Positions 37,842 through 47,542 of a DNA stretch of 64,000 nucleotides are shown here, piece by piece. The notes under the pieces are model-generated. The model did not search any database. It was not told the DNA's origin and was given only the letters and a program-made list of their open reading frames with translations. A program made the translations under genes and the position numbers. Numbering within the stretch: position 1 is the stretch's first letter; the number at the start of each line of letters is the position of its first letter. Origin of the DNA: Poseidonia sp. GTDB taxonomy: Archaea; Thermoplasmatota; Poseidoniia; Poseidoniales; Poseidoniaceae. Where the stretch lies: the NCBI GenBank assembly GCA_965661285.1, contig CBFIDD010000003.1:192001-256000 (forward strand). Reading direction: 5' to 3'.

Positions 37842-39242
37842 ATGTGGGACGAGTTGCTCCTTGAGGCCGGACTCAATGAGCGTGAAGTCCGCTCGATCAT
37901 GATTCTCGGTTCCAGACCGAAGATGAAAGCCTCCGAGTTGGCCAAAGAACTGAACACCACTCGGCTGGATGCCTACAACAGCCTTTCTCGGCTGCAAGAG
38001 ATGGGGATTGTCACCGCCACGGCCGACCGACCCATGCTCTTTTCCAGCCTGCGCATCAACGAGGCGATGGAACACATCATCCAGTCTAGGAAACAACAAC
38101 TCGACCGGCTCGTTGACGGATTTGAGGAACTCTCCAAAGGTATCACGGAAACCGATGCCTCCTACGAGAAGCAACGCCGTGACATTGACGACCCACGGTT
38201 CGCGGTGCTGAAAGAACGCACCCACATCTACAACCGACTCCAAAAGATGGCCAACGAGGCTGAAGAGCGCTTGATCCTCTTGCTCGGTCAGTTCGGCATC
38301 CTTCACTTGTGCCGAAGCCCGGACGCCCTTGAAGCGGTCAACACCGCAGCCGTCCGAGGCGTGGTGGTCCAAATCATTACGCACCTTGACGGGCGCACCC
38401 TACGCTTCTTTGACAAACTTGACAGCAGCATCGACGTTCGTCACTCGGACGAACTTGACTCGCTGGGCTTCGTCCAAGACCAGTCGGAAGTCATTCAGTA
38501 TCTCAACATCGAAGATAACCCCGTCGGCAGAGGCAAGGAAGACGCTGCACTCATCATTGAATCCGGCCCGTTTTCGCAGGCACATCTTCACTTGATCGAC
38601 GCGATTTGGGAGGGCGCCGTCCCGCTCGCCACCGCACGTGCTCGATTTACGGAGAACCAAATCAACGACCCGCTACGGTTGACCATCGGCGAAGGTTCCT
38701 TCCTCAAGAACGTCTCCGTCGCCCTCGGATTTGACGGGCAACTGCCCGAGGAAGACACGCCGTTTGACCCTGAAGCGTTCTTTGCGGCAGGTAACGAGGT
38801 CAACGAAGCCCGCATGCGGCTCACCGAAGGGAAACTTTCGAACTTGAAAGTCCTAGGAATTGACATCAGTCGCATGCTGCGCCAAATCGGAAACCGCGTG
38901 GGGCAGGAAATTGCCTTCTCTCTACGTTCTATAGAAAATGACATCGAGTTTCTTGACGAGATGATGGACTGGTGGGAGCACGCTGGCTTGGGCATGCTCC
39001 AATACGATGTTGACCCGCAATTCCATGTTGTCGTGGGCCTGAACCACCCGCCGGTTGAGGACCCCGATGCCCTGCCCATGTGGGAGATGGATGATGGCAT
39101 TATTGAGGGGGCGCTTTCCACCCGATTTGCCAAGGAAGTCAACGTGGTCATTCAGAGAGTTGACGGAACAGGTGAGAAGGACGACCTTTGGCGCTACCTC
39201 ATCCACCGACATGAACTGAACACCATCGAACTTGAAGACTGA
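37842..39242 (+). CDS. TrmB-family transcriptional regulator with effector domain and C-terminal V4R-like domain
   Basis: GLNEREVR...ASELAKEL..TRLDAYNSLSRLQEMGIV HTH; C-terminal RQIGNRVG, WEHAGLG, GIIEGAL pattern. Confidence 0.8.
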   Translation: MWDELLLEAGLNEREVRSIMILGSRPKMKASELAKELNTTRLDAYNSLSRLQEMGIVTATADRPMLFSSLRINEAMEHIIQSRKQQLDRLVDGFEELSKGITETDASYEKQRRDIDDPRFAVLKERTHIYNRLQKMANEAEERLILLLGQFGILHLCRSPDALEAVNTAAVRGVVVQIITHLDGRTLRFFDKLDSSIDVRHSDELDSLGFVQDQSEVIQYLNIEDNPVGRGKEDAALIIESGPFSQAHLHLIDAIWEGAVPLATARARFTENQINDPLRLTIGEGSFLKNVSVALGFDGQLPEEDTPFDPEAFFAAGNEVNEARMRLTEGKLSNLKVLGIDISRMLRQIGNRVGQEIAFSLRSIENDIEFLDEMMDWWEHAGLGMLQYDVDPQFHVVVGLNHPPVEDPDALPMWEMDDGIIEGALSTRFAKEVNVVIQRVDGTGEKDDLWRYLIHRHELNTIELED

Positions 39243-39254
39243 GGGGGTGTCAGC

Positions 39255-40493
39255 ATCAAACTCGCGACGTTTCTCAAGTTCTTCCGACAACTCAAGGGAA
39301 AGAAACCGGTCGACATTGACGCCATCCAGTCGATGGGGTTGCTGGCGGTAAAACTAGGACAGATTTTTGCGCTACGCCCCGATTTGATCGAGCCTCAACG
39401 CTGCATTGAGCTGCAAAGCCTGTACAGTCGAGCGGCCACCATCCCAGAGGAAGATTCCCAGGAACTTCTCAACCGATTTGCACCTGCCGGTTTTGCCGAT
39501 AACTTCCAGCATATTGAACCGAAGCCCTTCGCCGCTGCGAGCATCGGACAGATTCACCGAGCGGTGCTGAACGACGGCACCAAGGTCGTCGTGAAGATCA
39601 TCAAGGCTGATTTTGAGGCCTCGTTTCGCCGAGATGTTCAACGCATGAAGCGCTGGATTCGGATGGGGCTCTTTTTCAACCCAAGACTTCGCAAAGTCGG
39701 CAACCCCATCGGGCTGCTGGCCCACATTGAAGACTACACGCTCAGAGAACTCAACCTTCTCAACGAGATTGAGGGGCGCAATCAGCTCATCGCCAAAGCC
39801 AAAGCAATTGAGGAACATTTTCCCATGCCCAAACTCACGTTCCCAAAAATGTGGGAGGACCTCTCCAACGAACGCGTGCTGGTCATGGATGAAATCACCC
39901 ATCCTACGCTTGAAGAGCACCTCGAAAACAGCTCGCTGTCATGGCCCGACATGCTGGAGTTGTTTCGTATCCACGGCGCCTTCATGTTTGGCCTGGGAAC
40001 ATTCCACGGCGACCTCCATCCGGGCAATGCCATGATGGACGACCAAGGACGATTCCATTTCATCGACACAGGCGCCATCTGTAATGCACCGGAACATGTC
40101 CGCAATGCTTTGTTCGGTTTCTTCTATTTCCTCGCCAAAGGTGAACTGAAAAACGCCTTCGACGCCATGCTCACCATGGCCGCCGTACGGCCCGAAGGAA
40201 CAACCCTCCAAACGTATTACGATTCAATGAACGAGCTCTATGACGGCTTTGTCGGGACCTCGGTCAGCGAAGTATCGCTCACGGAGCAGATGATGAAGAC
40301 CGTCAAGGCGGCAGTCCTTGCTGGCTGTGCGTTCGGCGAAGAGGCCTTTCCCATCATTCGCTCCCTCATGTACATGGACGGCATGGTGCTCAAGGGTCAC
40401 CCCGATGTGGATCTCATCAGTTCCATGGGACCCTACCTCGATGAATTTTCGGTGCTGATCGACCCGCACAGCATCATTCAATCCTCGGATTAA
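39255..40493 (+). CDS. ABC1/UbiB/AarF atypical kinase (start uncertain: ATC 39255 or ATG 39333)
   Basis: VKLGQ..RPDL, PFAAASIGQIHRA, VVVK, FHGDLHPGN, IDTG. Confidence 0.88.
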   Translation: MKLATFLKFFRQLKGKKPVDIDAIQSMGLLAVKLGQIFALRPDLIEPQRCIELQSLYSRAATIPEEDSQELLNRFAPAGFADNFQHIEPKPFAAASIGQIHRAVLNDGTKVVVKIIKADFEASFRRDVQRMKRWIRMGLFFNPRLRKVGNPIGLLAHIEDYTLRELNLLNEIEGRNQLIAKAKAIEEHFPMPKLTFPKMWEDLSNERVLVMDEITHPTLEEHLENSSLSWPDMLELFRIHGAFMFGLGTFHGDLHPGNAMMDDQGRFHFIDTGAICNAPEHVRNALFGFFYFLAKGELKNAFDAMLTMAAVRPEGTTLQTYYDSMNELYDGFVGTSVSEVSLTEQMMKTVKAAVLAGCAFGEEAFPIIRSLMYMDGMVLKGHPDVDLISSMGPYLDEFSVLIDPHSIIQSSD

Positions 40494-40533
40494 TCTGTTA
40501 TTTTTCTTGAAATTTTTATGAACAAAAACCCCC

Positions 40534-40541
40534 CTTTATAT
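40534..40541 (+). promoter_or_regulatory. Putative TATA box for crtI-crtB
   Basis: CTTTATAT about 25-30 nt upstream of ATG 40564 in an AT-rich intergenic region. Confidence 0.55.
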
Positions 40542-40563
40542 GCTGGACTGGCAAGGGAACCTC

Positions 40564-42177
40564 ATGACTGGAACCGCTCCCCCCAAGGTTGCCATTATCG
40601 GTGCTGGACCCGGTGGCCTTGCCTCTGCCCTTTTGCTTGCCAAATCTGGCGTTGATGTTACGGTGTTCGAGCGTTCGTCAGCCGTCGGTGGGCGAAACAA
40701 AGTCTTCGATCGAGACGGCTTCAAATTTGATTTGGGCCCCACATTCTTCCACTACCCCGAGGTGATTGAGGACATTTTCAAGGCCATTGGCATGGACGCT
40801 CATGAAGAGCTGAACCTCCACAAATTGGACCTCAACTACCGCCTCATCTTCGGCCAGGGAGGTGAACTTGACTGCACCAGCGACCTCGATGAAATGACCG
40901 AACGCATCCGCGGCCTTTCCGGCGACAGCAACGCCAATGCCTTCCGCCGCTACGTGGTGGACAACCGCCTCAAGTTGCAGAAATCAAAGGCCTGCTTGCA
41001 AGAACCCTGGTACGGACCCACCGACCTGCTCTCTAAGCGAGCCATGCGCGTAGCCGGTGTGCTTCGCCCGCAGCGCTCCGTTGCTGGAGACCTGATGAAA
41101 CTCTTCGACGACGACCGCCTCATGCTTGCCATGTCCTTCCAAACCAAGTACCTCGGCATGTCGCCGTTCAACTGCCCCAGCTTGTTCACAATGCTGGCGT
41201 TCCTCGAATACGAATACGGTATTTTCCACCCCATGGGCGGGCTGGGCAGCGTCAGCGAGCGCATGGCCTCCATCGCCACCGACCTCGGTGTGACGTTCCG
41301 AATGAACGAAGCCGTCGAATCGGTGATCATGGACGGTAAGACCATCAAGGGTGTCCGCACAGCACAAGGCGAGTTCTTTGCCGAAAAAGTGGTCATGAAC
41401 GCTGATTTCGCCAACGGGATGACCCAGTTGTTCCCTGACAAGGTCCGCAAGAAGTGGAGCAACAAGAAACTGGACAAGAAGAAGTACTCCTGTTCAACGT
41501 TTATGATTTACTTGGGCATCGACAAAGTCTACGAAGACCTCCCGCACCACCAAATCTACGCCTCCGCTAACTACGAACAAAACCTCGAAGACATCGAAAA
41601 GAACCACAAGCTTACGTGGGACGACCCGTCGGTCTATGTTCAGAACGCCTGTGTGGTTGACCCCAGTCTCGCCCCTGAAGGATGTTCAACCGTGTACGCC
41701 CTCGTTCCTGTATCGCACATCCACGAGAACATTGACTGGAGCGAGGAGAAGGACGCCTACCGAGACCGCATCCTTGAGCAAATCGAGGAGAAACTAGGCT
41801 TTGAGAATTTGAAGGACCACATCGTCACCGAGATGATCATCACGCCCGAGGATTGGGGCGACCACTGCTACCGAGGTGCAGTGTTCAACCTCGCTCACGG
41901 CCTGGACCAGATGTTGTGGCGCCGACCAAAGAACCAGTTCGACGAGATCAACAACCTCTACCTCGTCGGTGGAGGCACCCATCCAGGCAGCGGGTTGCCC
42001 GTGATTTACGAATCGGCTCGCATCAGCAGCAAACTCCTCCTCGACAGCCTCGGCATCATCCCTGACTGGAACGGCGTCGACACCTGGTTCGAAAGTCGCA
42101 AGCGCTCCAAGCAGGGCCGTGCTGCACTGAACAAAACATCAAAAGAACCGTCCAGCGGAACACCCACATCTGCGTGA
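40564..42177 (+). CDS. crtI: Phytoene desaturase
   Basis: IIGAGPGGL, GFKFDLGPT, YLGMSP, QMLWRRP, NLYLVGGGTHPGSGLP. Confidence 0.92.
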   Translation: MTGTAPPKVAIIGAGPGGLASALLLAKSGVDVTVFERSSAVGGRNKVFDRDGFKFDLGPTFFHYPEVIEDIFKAIGMDAHEELNLHKLDLNYRLIFGQGGELDCTSDLDEMTERIRGLSGDSNANAFRRYVVDNRLKLQKSKACLQEPWYGPTDLLSKRAMRVAGVLRPQRSVAGDLMKLFDDDRLMLAMSFQTKYLGMSPFNCPSLFTMLAFLEYEYGIFHPMGGLGSVSERMASIATDLGVTFRMNEAVESVIMDGKTIKGVRTAQGEFFAEKVVMNADFANGMTQLFPDKVRKKWSNKKLDKKKYSCSTFMIYLGIDKVYEDLPHHQIYASANYEQNLEDIEKNHKLTWDDPSVYVQNACVVDPSLAPEGCSTVYALVPVSHIHENIDWSEEKDAYRDRILEQIEEKLGFENLKDHIVTEMIITPEDWGDHCYRGAVFNLAHGLDQMLWRRPKNQFDEINNLYLVGGGTHPGSGLPVIYESARISSKLLLDSLGIIPDWNGVDTWFESRKRSKQGRAALNKTSKEPSSGTPTSA

Positions 42178-42186
42178 GGAGTTTCG

Positions 42187-43179
42187 ATGCGGGAAAACAG
42201 TCTCGAACAGGCTTACGCCTATTGCGAAACCGTCTGCCGAAACGCGTCAACCACCTTCTACTCCTCATTCAGCGCTCTTCAACCCGACAAACGCCGTGCG
42301 GTCCATGCGGTGTACGCCCTGTGCCGATGGGTGGACGACATCGTTGACGGTGATGAGGAACCGACCATCCTTGAAACGCCCGAACTGCGTCAAGCGACCG
42401 ATGAACGACAGCGTGTTGTGGATGAAATTCACGCAGGAACCTCGCCTTCCTTGTCCGCCCAAGAGCACCGACGACGCATGATGGCGCTGGTCGATATTCG
42501 ACTGAAACTTCGAGCCGCGAACGAACAGTGCATCACCCCAAACGACCATCCCATCTTCATTGCGCTGCAAGACGTGTTTGAGCGCTACCCCATCAAAATC
42601 AACGATTTCGAAACCGTCATCGAGGGGATGGAAGACGATCTCTACCCCGTTCGCAACCAAACCTGGGACGAACTGCGCTCCTACTGCTACAAGGTTGCCT
42701 CCGCTGTGGGCCTTATATTGATTGAAATCTATGGCTACGAAGACCGCGCAGCCCGACTCCACGCCATTGACCTCGGCATCCAAATGCAACTCATCAACGT
42801 CCTTCGAGACATCAACGAAGACATGGAACGAGGGCGGATCTATCTTCCGATGGACATTTTGGAATCCCATAACATCACCCACGAAATGTTGCAGTCGGGC
42901 GCCATTGCGAACACCGTGGCGTGGAAAGGCTTCATTGTGGAATACGTTGAGGTCATCAAACGGCACCAATCCTCCGCCAACCAACTGTTCGGCTATCTCG
43001 ACGGCCGTGCACGCGTACAACCGGAAATCATGGCCGACGCTTACACCTCGATTCTCAGTGAAATCGTTCGCCGGTCCGGCGATGTGTTCACCCAACCTGT
43101 GCGTCTCTCCAAGACGCGCAAAGCCCTGCTCGGCCTTCGCCTGAGTCTGCGAAAACTCCGAGCACGCCTCTTTGCGTGA
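42187..43179 (+). CDS. crtB: Phytoene/squalene synthase
   Basis: AVYALCRWVDDIVD, YCYKVASAVG, LGIQMQLINVLRDINED, GRIYLP. Confidence 0.92.
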   Translation: MRENSLEQAYAYCETVCRNASTTFYSSFSALQPDKRRAVHAVYALCRWVDDIVDGDEEPTILETPELRQATDERQRVVDEIHAGTSPSLSAQEHRRRMMALVDIRLKLRAANEQCITPNDHPIFIALQDVFERYPIKINDFETVIEGMEDDLYPVRNQTWDELRSYCYKVASAVGLILIEIYGYEDRAARLHAIDLGIQMQLINVLRDINEDMERGRIYLPMDILESHNITHEMLQSGAIANTVAWKGFIVEYVEVIKRHQSSANQLFGYLDGRARVQPEIMADAYTSILSEIVRRSGDVFTQPVRLSKTRKALLGLRLSLRKLRARLFA

Positions 43180-43188
43180 TGCCCGGTT

Positions 43189-44667
43189 TTACTCAAGGAT
43201 GGGCGCCATCAAGCCGAATTCCTCGTACAGGCTCGGGCCCGATGCGAGATAGTAGACAGCCCCTCGACCGTCCCGGGAGTTTTCGGCCGTAGCGTTGTCA
43301 CTGGTGGCGCATTCCCCGGTGCAACCATCGGCAAACGCCACGTACACCCTGCCTTCCCGGTCAATGTGGAGGTCGTTGAAATCGAGCAGATTGCGATTGG
43401 AACCCCCGATGTCGCGACAATCGCCTGAGTTCAAGCAAATCGACCCGCGCTGAACGGGATCGTCGGTCACACGATAGGTGTGGAAGGTGGGTTCGGGGTC
43501 AAGAGCGTTCAAGCTGTAGGTGATGTAGAGATGGTAGGTGGCGTTGTTGGGAGCATAGTGCGCATTGCCGTCCCACGGGTTGCCGTCAATGTCGGATTGA
43601 TTGAGCATCTCGGTGTTCTCGCTGCCAAGATAGGTGATGGCGATGCGTCCGGGGTCGCCAGCGTCGGTTTGCGGGAACACCGAAGAAATGACGCCAGCAG
43701 GAGATATTCGGATGCTCTCTTGCTCCCATGTTTCTCCTGAATCGGTTGAGCGAGACATGTACACGCCTTCGTCAGCCCCCGTCCACACGTGGTAGGCATT
43801 GGAGGCGGTGTCGGTAGAAACCTCAGAGTTCTTGCGAGGGTTTGGGGTGCTCACGTCCTCGCCCATGGTTCGCTCGAACCACGAAAAGCCGTTGTCTTTG
43901 GAAACGATGACCGTGGGCGTGGCAACACGGGGCGTGACGTAGACCGTGCCGTCGGGTGCTGTGGAAATGGCGCCGTGCAGGCCGCCGTTGGTGGTGGCAA
44001 GACCGATGATTTGTCCACCCGTCTCGAAGGTTGCACCGCCGTCGTAGCTCGTGAAGCAGAAGATACCGGCCAGTTTGTTGTAGCAGTAGTAAACGGCCGT
44101 TTCGTAGAAACTGCTCGTGATTTGACCCACCAAACCGTAGCCGCTGCTGGTCCACGGTCCACTGGCCAATTTGATGTGGTCGTTGAGGGGCGTGGTCCCC
44201 GAATCGTGGGGATTGCCCATCCAAGTCTCGCCGTCGTCATCGCTCCAGCAAATCCAGGAGGTCTCAAGGCCAATCATTTGGACACCAAAGACACGGTCGG
44301 TGATGGGGTCAACCCATCCATACGGGTCGCTGGTGGTGGGCGAACACATGACGGGGTCTTGGGTTTCTTCCCAGGTCGCACCGCCGTCGCACGAGCGCAT
44401 CACCTTCTCCATGGCGATGAAGAAAATACAACCGCTTGAGGTGATGCCGATGCTGGGCTCTTTGCCCGTTTCACCAACATCACTGAATTGAAAGGTCATG
44501 TTCAACGGGGCCATTTCAACAGGTTGCCCGTTGCGGTCGGTTACGAACACACGGGGATTGGGTTGTTCCTCTTCAGCCGTTGGGGGTACGACCGCTTCCT
44601 CGCCAAAGCATCCTGAAAGTGAGAGTGTGACGACCAAGACCGAAAGAAAGAGCGCTCGTCCCTGCAT
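43189..44667 (-). CDS. BNR/Asp-box (sialidase-like) beta-propeller lipoprotein
   Basis: LSGC lipobox; Asp-boxes SCDGGATW, SDDDGETW, SYDGGATF, SKDNGFSW, STDSGETW. Confidence 0.8.
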   Translation of the reverse strand: MQGRALFLSVLVVTLSLSGCFGEEAVVPPTAEEEQPNPRVFVTDRNGQPVEMAPLNMTFQFSDVGETGKEPSIGITSSGCIFFIAMEKVMRSCDGGATWEETQDPVMCSPTTSDPYGWVDPITDRVFGVQMIGLETSWICWSDDDGETWMGNPHDSGTTPLNDHIKLASGPWTSSGYGLVGQITSSFYETAVYYCYNKLAGIFCFTSYDGGATFETGGQIIGLATTNGGLHGAISTAPDGTVYVTPRVATPTVIVSKDNGFSWFERTMGEDVSTPNPRKNSEVSTDTASNAYHVWTGADEGVYMSRSTDSGETWEQESIRISPAGVISSVFPQTDAGDPGRIAITYLGSENTEMLNQSDIDGNPWDGNAHYAPNNATYHLYITYSLNALDPEPTFHTYRVTDDPVQRGSICLNSGDCRDIGGSNRNLLDFNDLHIDREGRVYVAFADGCTGECATSDNATAENSRDGRGAVYYLASGPSLYEEFGLMAPILE

Positions 44668-44715
44668 GATGTGGCCGACCCCCCGGCCACTAATGACCTT
44701 ACGCTCAGCGAGTTC

Positions 44716-45981
44716 TCAAGCCTCAAACAGCGACTCGTAGATGGCCTCGTAAGCCTCAGCGTTGTGTTCGTAGGTGAATCGGTCCAACACTCGCTGCCGG
44801 CCTTTCTGCATCTGCGAAGTTCGCTCCTCAGGGTGGTCAAGGCAATGATTGACGGCCCTTGCGAGGTCTTCGTGGTCGCCACAGGTGAACAGACCGCCCA
44901 CTTCGTGGTCGATCATTTCCGTCAGCGGGGGTTGGTCAACAGTGACAACCGGCGTGCCGCTGGCCAAGGCTTCGAGTGGAATCAAGCCTTGACCTTCGTA
45001 ATAGGACGGGTAGACCACGAGGTCAGCCGACCGGAAATGCAGGGCGAGTTGCTCAAAACTCATCCCCGGCTGGATGTGCACGGCATGAGCGATGCCCAGC
45101 CGTTTCGCTTGACGCATGAGCGTTTTTCGCATGTGGCCCCGTCCGATGATGACCAGTCGGGCACCCGGGTGCTGCTTGAGAATCGAAGGCATGGCCCGTA
45201 GCAGTGTGCGGTGCCCCTTACGTGCGACGAGCCGACCTACGGCGAGGAGGAGTGGCGTAGAGGTATCGGGCCGTCCGTGCAAGGCCGCTTCATCGGCGGC
45301 GTCGTAGGATTTTCGGAGCGCTTCGTAAGCGAGTTGTTCCTCCTCATGGTCGTGGTTCATGGGTCGGAACACCTTGTGGTCAACACCGTAGAGCACGGTT
45401 TCGCACATCCAATCTTCGGGTGGCTTGTACCATCGCTCAAACTCTCTTTGCGTCGATTCGGAAATGGCCACGCAGACACTGGAATGCTCCACGCCCGCTT
45501 GTTCGTACTTGGCGTAGTAGCCACCGGTCAGGAGAATGGCCAAATCGTTGGGATTCTTCCACGTCGCCGCTTCCTTGTGCCTTGCGGCCAGTTTCATGCC
45601 TTCTCGCTCACCGATCCAACTGCCGTTGAGCGCCGAGACGACGGGGGCGATGTTTTCCTCAACCCACAGGTATTCTTTGGCCGTCCAACTCACCAATGGA
45701 AGGAGCGTATGAACCACATCAACCGGCTTGACTTGGTCAAGTCGACGAAGTTCGGTGAGTGCGTGTTTCCCATACGAACGGGTGAAGGCCATGGGTGCCT
45801 TGAGCCATGGGACCTGAAGAACGCTGACACCGGGCTGCTGTGGTGTGGGCTGTGGATGCGTTCGTGTGATGACGGTCACGTCATGGCCCCGTTGCGCGAG
45901 ATGGCCCGCCAAATGGAAGACCACCGAGCCGATACCTCCCCAGCGAGGAGGATATTCGCCGGAGACCATGGCGATGTGCAT
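44716..45981 (-). CDS. Glycosyltransferase family 4
   Basis: EYPPRWGG, VGRLVARKG, PSYYEGQGLIPLEALASGTPVV. Confidence 0.92.
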   Translation of the reverse strand: MHIAMVSGEYPPRWGGIGSVVFHLAGHLAQRGHDVTVITRTHPQPTPQQPGVSVLQVPWLKAPMAFTRSYGKHALTELRRLDQVKPVDVVHTLLPLVSWTAKEYLWVEENIAPVVSALNGSWIGEREGMKLAARHKEAATWKNPNDLAILLTGGYYAKYEQAGVEHSSVCVAISESTQREFERWYKPPEDWMCETVLYGVDHKVFRPMNHDHEEEQLAYEALRKSYDAADEAALHGRPDTSTPLLLAVGRLVARKGHRTLLRAMPSILKQHPGARLVIIGRGHMRKTLMRQAKRLGIAHAVHIQPGMSFEQLALHFRSADLVVYPSYYEGQGLIPLEALASGTPVVTVDQPPLTEMIDHEVGGLFTCGDHEDLARAVNHCLDHPEERTSQMQKGRQRVLDRFTYEHNAEAYEAIYESLFEA

Positions 45982-46086
45982 GGAAAGCACCACACGGAAC
46001 CTGCATTTGAAGTTCATTGAAACCGGTGAGGTGATGGGCACGCTTCCAGCCAAACCTTTGAAGGTCAATCCTCCGGTGGGAGTTGC

Positions 46087-46860
46087 ATGGGCGATGTGCT
46101 TCCGGTCTCCGTCACCGTCATTTTGCCAACCCGAAACGAAGAGGAGGCCTTGGGCCCCACCATCGATGCCATTCCCCGTGGCTGGTGCGAGGACTTGGAA
46201 ATCATGATCGTGGACGGCAATTCCACAGACAGGACGCGAGAGATCGCTTTGGAAAAGGACATTCGTGTTCATCTCGAACCCCGAAAAGGGTACGGACGAG
46301 CCTACCGCACGGGCTTTGAAGTCGCCAAAAACGACATCATCGTCACCATGGACGCCGACTGCACCTACCCGGCAGAGTTGGTCCCCGATTTGGTCAAGCG
46401 ACTCCTCGATGACGACCTTGATTTCATCACCTGCGACCGCTTATCGCTCGCCGAAGACGGTTCCATGTCGGGACTGCACGGCTTCGGAAATTGGGTGCTC
46501 TCGTTCACCGCCCGCATGCTGTTCTGGTACGGTATCAAAGACTCCCAAACCGGCATGTGGGTCTTTCGAAAGTCCATTTTCGACAACGAGAAGATGCGAC
46601 CGACCAACGACGGCATGCCACTCAGCGAAGAAATCAAAATCTTGGCTCGCCGTCATCTCGGAAAAAAGAAGGCCATCGAAATCTCTGTCCCCTACCGCCC
46701 TCGTGTTGGAGAGGCGGAAATTCACACTTGGGGTGACGGATGGAAGAACCTGCGGTTCCTCTTCCTTCGCAGGTTTGGTCTGCACCGAACCCGAACACCG
46801 TGGGGCGGGCTTGAAAGCAATCCCGATTCGACGAAAAACAATCTGCCCGAACAAGCATGA
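46087..46860 (+). CDS. Glycosyltransferase family 2 (DPM-synthase-like)
   Basis: LPTRNEE, VDGNSTDRT, GYGRA, MDADCTY, DSQTG. Confidence 0.92.
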   Translation: MGDVLPVSVTVILPTRNEEEALGPTIDAIPRGWCEDLEIMIVDGNSTDRTREIALEKDIRVHLEPRKGYGRAYRTGFEVAKNDIIVTMDADCTYPAELVPDLVKRLLDDDLDFITCDRLSLAEDGSMSGLHGFGNWVLSFTARMLFWYGIKDSQTGMWVFRKSIFDNEKMRPTNDGMPLSEEIKILARRHLGKKKAIEISVPYRPRVGEAEIHTWGDGWKNLRFLFLRRFGLHRTRTPWGGLESNPDSTKNNLPEQA

Positions 46861-47507
46861 GTGGTCTGTCCATGGAGTTCTGGCACCATCGTTGGGAAAC
46901 CGAGCAAATCGGTTGGCACCGGCATGAATTCAACGACTTGATGGTCAAACACTGGCCGAGCCTCGGTGTTTCAAGCAACGCCGAAGTGTTGGTCCCCCTG
47001 TGCGGCAAATCACTGGACATGGTGTGGCTGGCAGAGCAAGGCCACCGTGTCGTGGGTCTCGAAATGGTTGAACACGCCGTGCAGTCCTTCTTCGCAGAAC
47101 GGGGCATGCAGCCCGAACGTGTTGAGGAACAGGCCGTTGTGCGCTACGAGCACACGCCCTTTACGCTCCTTCAAGGCGACCTCTTCAAGGTGGAACCTGG
47201 CCGGGTCCAAGCGGATGCATGGTACGACCGTGCCGCCATGATTGCGCTTCCGGATGCCGTACGCAGTGCGTATGTTGAACAGTTGCGAAACCAAACCAAG
47301 CCGGGTGCTGTAGGGCTGCTCATCACGTACGCCTACCCGCAACACGAGATGGACGGACCGCCCTTTGCGCTTCATGACGAAGACGTGGAACGATTCTATG
47401 CAGACGGTTTTGAAGTTGAAAGGCTCGAGCACCAACCACTCGAGGACGAGCGAGGTCGAGGCCTGTCCAGCATCACCACCAGCGTGTTCAAACTCACACG
47501 GACATGA
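46857..47507 (+). CDS. tpm: Thiopurine S-methyltransferase
   Basis: FWHHRWE..IGWH, VPLCGKSLDM, YDRAAMIAL, GPPF. Confidence 0.92.
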   Translation: MSGLSMEFWHHRWETEQIGWHRHEFNDLMVKHWPSLGVSSNAEVLVPLCGKSLDMVWLAEQGHRVVGLEMVEHAVQSFFAERGMQPERVEEQAVVRYEHTPFTLLQGDLFKVEPGRVQADAWYDRAAMIALPDAVRSAYVEQLRNQTKPGAVGLLITYAYPQHEMDGPPFALHDEDVERFYADGFEVERLEHQPLEDERGRGLSSITTSVFKLTRT

Positions 47508-47542
47508 GGTAAGCGTCGCCCGTTTCAACGAGCCCCCTTTCA

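Noticed and set aside
39240-39242. Selenocysteine recoding of the in-frame TGA
   Set aside because: The position is an inter-domain junction, not a catalytic Cys site, and no SECIS or Sec machinery is visible.
45982-46272. N-terminal extension of the GT4 ORF in the track
   Set aside because: It overlaps the divergent GT2 gene; the GT4 fold begins at MHIAMVSGEY (45981).
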